Below are positions 60,338 through 64,000 of a DNA stretch of 64,000 nt, in pieces; within the stretch, counting starts at the first letter, position 1; every line of letters starts with the position of its first letter. The notes beneath the pieces are model-generated. The model worked only from the letters and a program-made list of their open reading frames with translations. It was not told the origin of the DNA and ran no database searches. Source of the stretch: Minisyncoccota bacterium (lineage in GTDB: Bacteria; Patescibacteriota; Minisyncoccia; UBA6257; 2-01-FULL-56-20); the NCBI GenBank assembly GCA_035509435.1, contig DATJLR010000002.1, positions 133,774 through 197,773 of the forward strand, written 5' to 3'. Made by a program: the position numbers and the translations under genes.

Positions 60338-61618
60338 ATGTCATCTGGGAGCCCGGGGCGAAAAGCCTTTACTCTTATTGAACTTCTCGTCGTGATCGCG
60401 ATCATCGCGATCCTCGCTGTCGTTGTCGTTCTTACTTTAAATCCCGCCGAACTGCTTCGGCAGTCCCGTGACGCAAACCGCGTTTCCGACATGGCGACCC
60501 TTGTGTCTGCGGTCAATCTTTATAATACCGACCAGTCGGGAGGTTCGGGCTTTAATCTGGGATCCCCAAACACGGTATACGTATCAATAGCTGACCCTTC
60601 CGCCACAAGCACCGCGGGGGACCAGTGCCAGGGATTGGGCCTCGTTTCCCTTCCGGGCAATTATTCTTACCATTGCGCCGCAAGCTCGACCTACCGCCAG
60701 GTGAACGCAAACGGCTGGATACCGGTGAATTTCCAGGGAATTACTGCAGGAACTCCGCTTTCCTCTCTGCCCGTCGATCCCACTAATAATTCTTCTTCCC
60801 GCCTCTACTATACGTACGCGACGAACGGAACCCAGTTCGAGGTGACGGCTTCCATGGAATCCCAGAAATACCAGCTGGGAGGAAGCGGGGATGTCATTTC
60901 TGGCGACGGGGGACCTCTCGCCTCTGTGTATGAAAAAGGGACCGTGGGCCTTGAGCCGCTTGACGCCGGGGACAACACGCTTCTTTTATTCTGGCCGCTG
61001 AACGAAGGAACCGGAACGGTGGTGTATGACGGGTCCGGCAATAATGCGACGGGAAGCCTCCTCAATGCGCCTACTTGGAACACTTCCCCCTGCAAGCTTA
61101 CCAGTTGTATTTATTTTGGAAGCCTGAGTCCTTACGTGAAAGGTCCGTCCATGACCATGAATCTGAATACCAGCGCGTATACATACTGCGCGTGGTTTTA
61201 TGTACCGAGTTCGTCGTACTCGGTAAGCGATTACGGGGACGTACTTTTGTCGATGGGCTATCCGACGATCGGCATCAAGCTGGGACTTGGTTCAAGCAGT
61301 ATCTCTATCGTAGCCTATGTAAACGGTGGTGCTTATGCGGCGTATGGAACAGCGAGCTATAATCAGTGGCATCAGGGTTGCGTCGTGTTTGCCGGGTTCG
61401 GGAGCTCTCTTAGGACATACTATTTCGACGGAGCGGCAGTGGGAAGCGACACCTCCGGCTCCGTGGTAAGCTCTACCGCCAATTTCTTTATAGGAAATAA
61501 CGGGCTCTCGTGCTGCGGCACCACTAGTAACGGTCCGGACTACTTGAATGACATACGGTTTTATGACCGGGCGCTTACGCCCGCGCAGATAGCTGCACTG
61601 TATAGCGGAGGAAAGTAG
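60338..61618 (+). CDS. Type IV pilin-like protein with C-terminal LamG domain
   Basis: 'A|FTLIELLVVIAII', 'RDANR', LamG 'WPLNEG...RFYDRALT'. Confidence 0.9.
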   Translation: MSSGSPGRKAFTLIELLVVIAIIAILAVVVVLTLNPAELLRQSRDANRVSDMATLVSAVNLYNTDQSGGSGFNLGSPNTVYVSIADPSATSTAGDQCQGLGLVSLPGNYSYHCAASSTYRQVNANGWIPVNFQGITAGTPLSSLPVDPTNNSSSRLYYTYATNGTQFEVTASMESQKYQLGGSGDVISGDGGPLASVYEKGTVGLEPLDAGDNTLLLFWPLNEGTGTVVYDGSGNNATGSLLNAPTWNTSPCKLTSCIYFGSLSPYVKGPSMTMNLNTSAYTYCAWFYVPSSSYSVSDYGDVLLSMGYPTIGIKLGLGSSSISIVAYVNGGAYAAYGTASYNQWHQGCVVFAGFGSSLRTYYFDGAAVGSDTSGSVVSSTANFFIGNNGLSCCGTTSNGPDYLNDIRFYDRALTPAQIAALYSGGK

Positions 61619-61634
61619 GTGGTATAATGTGCCC

Positions 61635-62294
61635 ATGATATCCCCGAAAGAACTGCCGCAGTACAAAAAACGCTGGACGAAGATCGCGAAGACCTTGCGC
61701 AAGCTCTTTCCGCATCCCAAGATCGCGCTCACGTTCGGCAACGCCTGGGAACTGCTCGTGGCCGTCCAGCTTTCCGCGCAATGCACGGACAAGAAGGTCA
61801 ACCAGGTGACGCCGGCGCTTTTTAAAAAATACCCGACTCTTGATGCCTACGTGAAAGCGGGTAAGAGCGCGCGCGGGGTGCGGGAGTTCGAGAACGCGAT
61901 CCACGCCTGCGGTTTCTATCGCGCGAAGACGCGTAACATCCTCGCGGCGGCGAAGTACGTAAAAGAGAAGTGTCATGGCAAATTGCCGAAGACGATGGCG
62001 GAGATGGTAAAAGTTCCGGGCGTCGGCCGCAAATCGGCGAACGTCATTCTCGGCAACGCGTACGGCGTGGTGGAGGGGATCGCGGTGGACACGCACGTGA
62101 TGCGCCTTTCGCAGGTGCTCGGACTCACCAAAGAAAAGACGCCGGAAAAGATCGAACAGGACCTGATGGCGATCATTCCGAAGAAGGACTGGTTCACCGC
62201 CACGTATATGATCATCGACTATGGCCGCGCCTATTGCGTGGCGCGTCCGCATGACCATGCGCATTGCCCGCTCACGAAGGTGCTGGAAAAATAA
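61635..62294 (+). CDS. nth: Endonuclease III
   Basis: 'LSAQCTD', 'PGVGRKSAN', 'VDTH'. Confidence 0.93.
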   Translation: MISPKELPQYKKRWTKIAKTLRKLFPHPKIALTFGNAWELLVAVQLSAQCTDKKVNQVTPALFKKYPTLDAYVKAGKSARGVREFENAIHACGFYRAKTRNILAAAKYVKEKCHGKLPKTMAEMVKVPGVGRKSANVILGNAYGVVEGIAVDTHVMRLSQVLGLTKEKTPEKIEQDLMAIIPKKDWFTATYMIIDYGRAYCVARPHDHAHCPLTKVLEK

Positions 62295-62311
62295 GCTGGT
62301 ATAATAACGGG

Positions 62312-63502
62312 ATGGTCCATCGCGGCTCACACTCCGCTTTTACGCTCATCGAGCTCCTCGTTGTGATCGCGATCATCGCGATCCTTGCGGTCGTCGTCGT
62401 GCTGACGCTGAACCCCGCGGAGCTTCTGCGCCAATCCCGTGATGCGAACCGGATAAGCGATATGGCAACGCTCCAAAACGCCATCAACCTCTATAGCGTG
62501 GACCAGTCGGGCGCATCATCGTATTCGCTTGGCACGAGCACGGTCGTATATGTTTCAATGCCCGACAGCTCGCCCACGTGCGGCGATCTTGGGCTTCCCG
62601 CGCTTCCCGCCGGCGATTCGTATTCATGCGGATCGGCCACGTCGTCGCGCGCGAATGCGAGCGGCTGGATCCCGATCAACTTTCAGAACATCTCAAGCGG
62701 CGCGCCGATCAGCGCGCTTCCCGTGGATGCCACCAATAATTCCTCATCGTGGCTTTATTACACCTATACGACGGCGGGCGGCAAATATCAGATCACCGCG
62801 CATTTGGAATCGCAGAAATATCTTGCAAGTGAACCGGCGTCCGGCGGCGCGGACCCGCTTCTCTACACCGCGGGCACGAACCTCTCGCTCGCGCCGTTCG
62901 CCGGAGGCATGGCTGCCTGGTGGCCGTTGAACGAAGGTGCAGGCACGACGGCGTACGACGATTCCGGCTTTGGCCACAACGGCACGCTCTACGCGAGCAC
63001 GACGCCGACCGCGTTCTGGACCACATCCGGCTGCAAGCTTGCCGCGTGTCCCGGCTTTTCCGGCGGGAGCCTTTACTTTGTTTCCACCACCTATCCGAAC
63101 GTTGTCACGAATACGAACATTTTCACATGGACAGCGTGGTTTGACATGAACAACACCGGCAACGTCGTCATCGTCGGCAATCGCTACGGCTCCACGTGGA
63201 TGAAGCTCACGCCGAGCGCCTGGGAAGTGACCGGAGGCATCATCGCGAATGTCCTGCCAAAGAACCAATGGGAGCAGGTCGTCATCGTAAAGAGCGGCCA
63301 GAACTATTCTTATTATCTGAACGGCTCGCTCGTGGGTGCCGCCACGGGGCCCAGTACGAATGCCACGTTACCGTTCTACATCGGTTATGATCCCAATTTC
63401 CCGGGTGATGGTTCGATGACGGGACAGATGAACAACGTCCGCATCTATGAGCGAGCCCTCAGTGGAAGCGAGATCCAGGCGCTGTATAACGCGGGGGAGT
63501 AA
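62312..63502 (+). CDS. Type IV pilin-like protein with LamG domain (paralog)
   Basis: 'A|FTLIELLVVIAII', 'WPLNEG...RIYERALS'. Confidence 0.9.
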   Translation: MVHRGSHSAFTLIELLVVIAIIAILAVVVVLTLNPAELLRQSRDANRISDMATLQNAINLYSVDQSGASSYSLGTSTVVYVSMPDSSPTCGDLGLPALPAGDSYSCGSATSSRANASGWIPINFQNISSGAPISALPVDATNNSSSWLYYTYTTAGGKYQITAHLESQKYLASEPASGGADPLLYTAGTNLSLAPFAGGMAAWWPLNEGAGTTAYDDSGFGHNGTLYASTTPTAFWTTSGCKLAACPGFSGGSLYFVSTTYPNVVTNTNIFTWTAWFDMNNTGNVVIVGNRYGSTWMKLTPSAWEVTGGIIANVLPKNQWEQVVIVKSGQNYSYYLNGSLVGAATGPSTNATLPFYIGYDPNFPGDGSMTGQMNNVRIYERALSGSEIQALYNAGE

Positions 63503-63741
63503 GGCCGTATTTTACCGCTATCCCCATTTCCCTTTGGCCCTCATTATGCTAGAATAGATATTGTTAGTTAGAAGAAAGACCGCTTTCCGGTGTGAGGCCG
63601 GAACGCGGTTTTTCGTTTTTGACTCCCCATTAAATTTCGATTAAAATAGTCGGGTAGAGAAAGTTTGGATGAGTCACCCCTATAGCCCCCGGGCAAGGGG
63701 CGCTTTGCACATTTGTCGCGTGGCGCGGCGTATAAAAAACC

Positions 63742-64000
63742 ATGAACCATTTTGAGATCATTTCCGACAACCAGCCCGCGGGGGACCAGCCGAAGGCGAT
63801 CGCATCGCTTGTTTCGGGTTTGCGCGAGGATTTGCGCGACCAGACACTGCTTGGCGTCACCGGTTCCGGGAAAAGCGTCGTCGCTTCTACGCAAGTTCTT
63901 ATTAAGGATGCATTTGGCGAACGCTCCGCTCTTATAGGCGATGTCGTTGATGGTGAGTTTTCGCGCCGAAAGGATCAGATCGCACTGTCTGGGGACACTG
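63742..64000 (+). CDS. uvrB: Excinuclease ABC subunit B, 5' part, with a probable intein starting at 63874
   Basis: 'PAGDQPKAI...[11 protein letters not shown]' then '[12 protein letters not shown]'; runs off the window. Confidence 0.88.
   Translation, partial: MNHFEIISDNQPAGDQPKAIASLVSGLREDLRDQTLLGVTGSGKSVVASTQVLIKDAFGERSALIGDVVDGEFSRRKDQIALSGDT

Noticed and set aside
60338-63502. Pilin paralogs as remote DGR targets
   Set aside because: No similarity to TR seen; their differences are not adenine-specific

Overview
Bacterial chromosomal segment. The gene content (split transketolase, reduced F-ATPase delta/epsilon, LeuS with a NUDIX insert, pilin-LamG proteins, tRNAs lacking encoded CCA, mostly leaderless genes) suggests Patescibacteria/CPR (Parcubacteria-like); this assignment is inference. 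In order, the window holds: a gap-rpiB-rpe-tkt-pfkB-fba sugar operon with an inserted hicBA; rplY; metG, tatD, a second hicBA and leuS; htrA and rRNA methyltransferases; five tRNAs around an interrupted HNH gene; prfB with its +1 frameshift; a complete diversity-generating retroelement (DGR); ftsEX; a ~14 kb secreted WxL-like/cohesin/dockerin cluster; the atp operon; and DNA-repair genes interleaved with pilins, ending in a uvrB that appears to carry an intein. Highlights: (1) two unlinked loci each pair an aberrant tRNA-like element with a separately promoted small RNA antisense to its anticodon arm. (2) The DGR has 23/23 adenine-specific VR/TR mismatches, an inverted avd whose reading frame depends on a G10 tract, and a structured RNA leader before TR. 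(3) The probable uvrB intein sits in the Walker A motif. All calls come from reading the sequence by eye; no database searches or folding programs were run.
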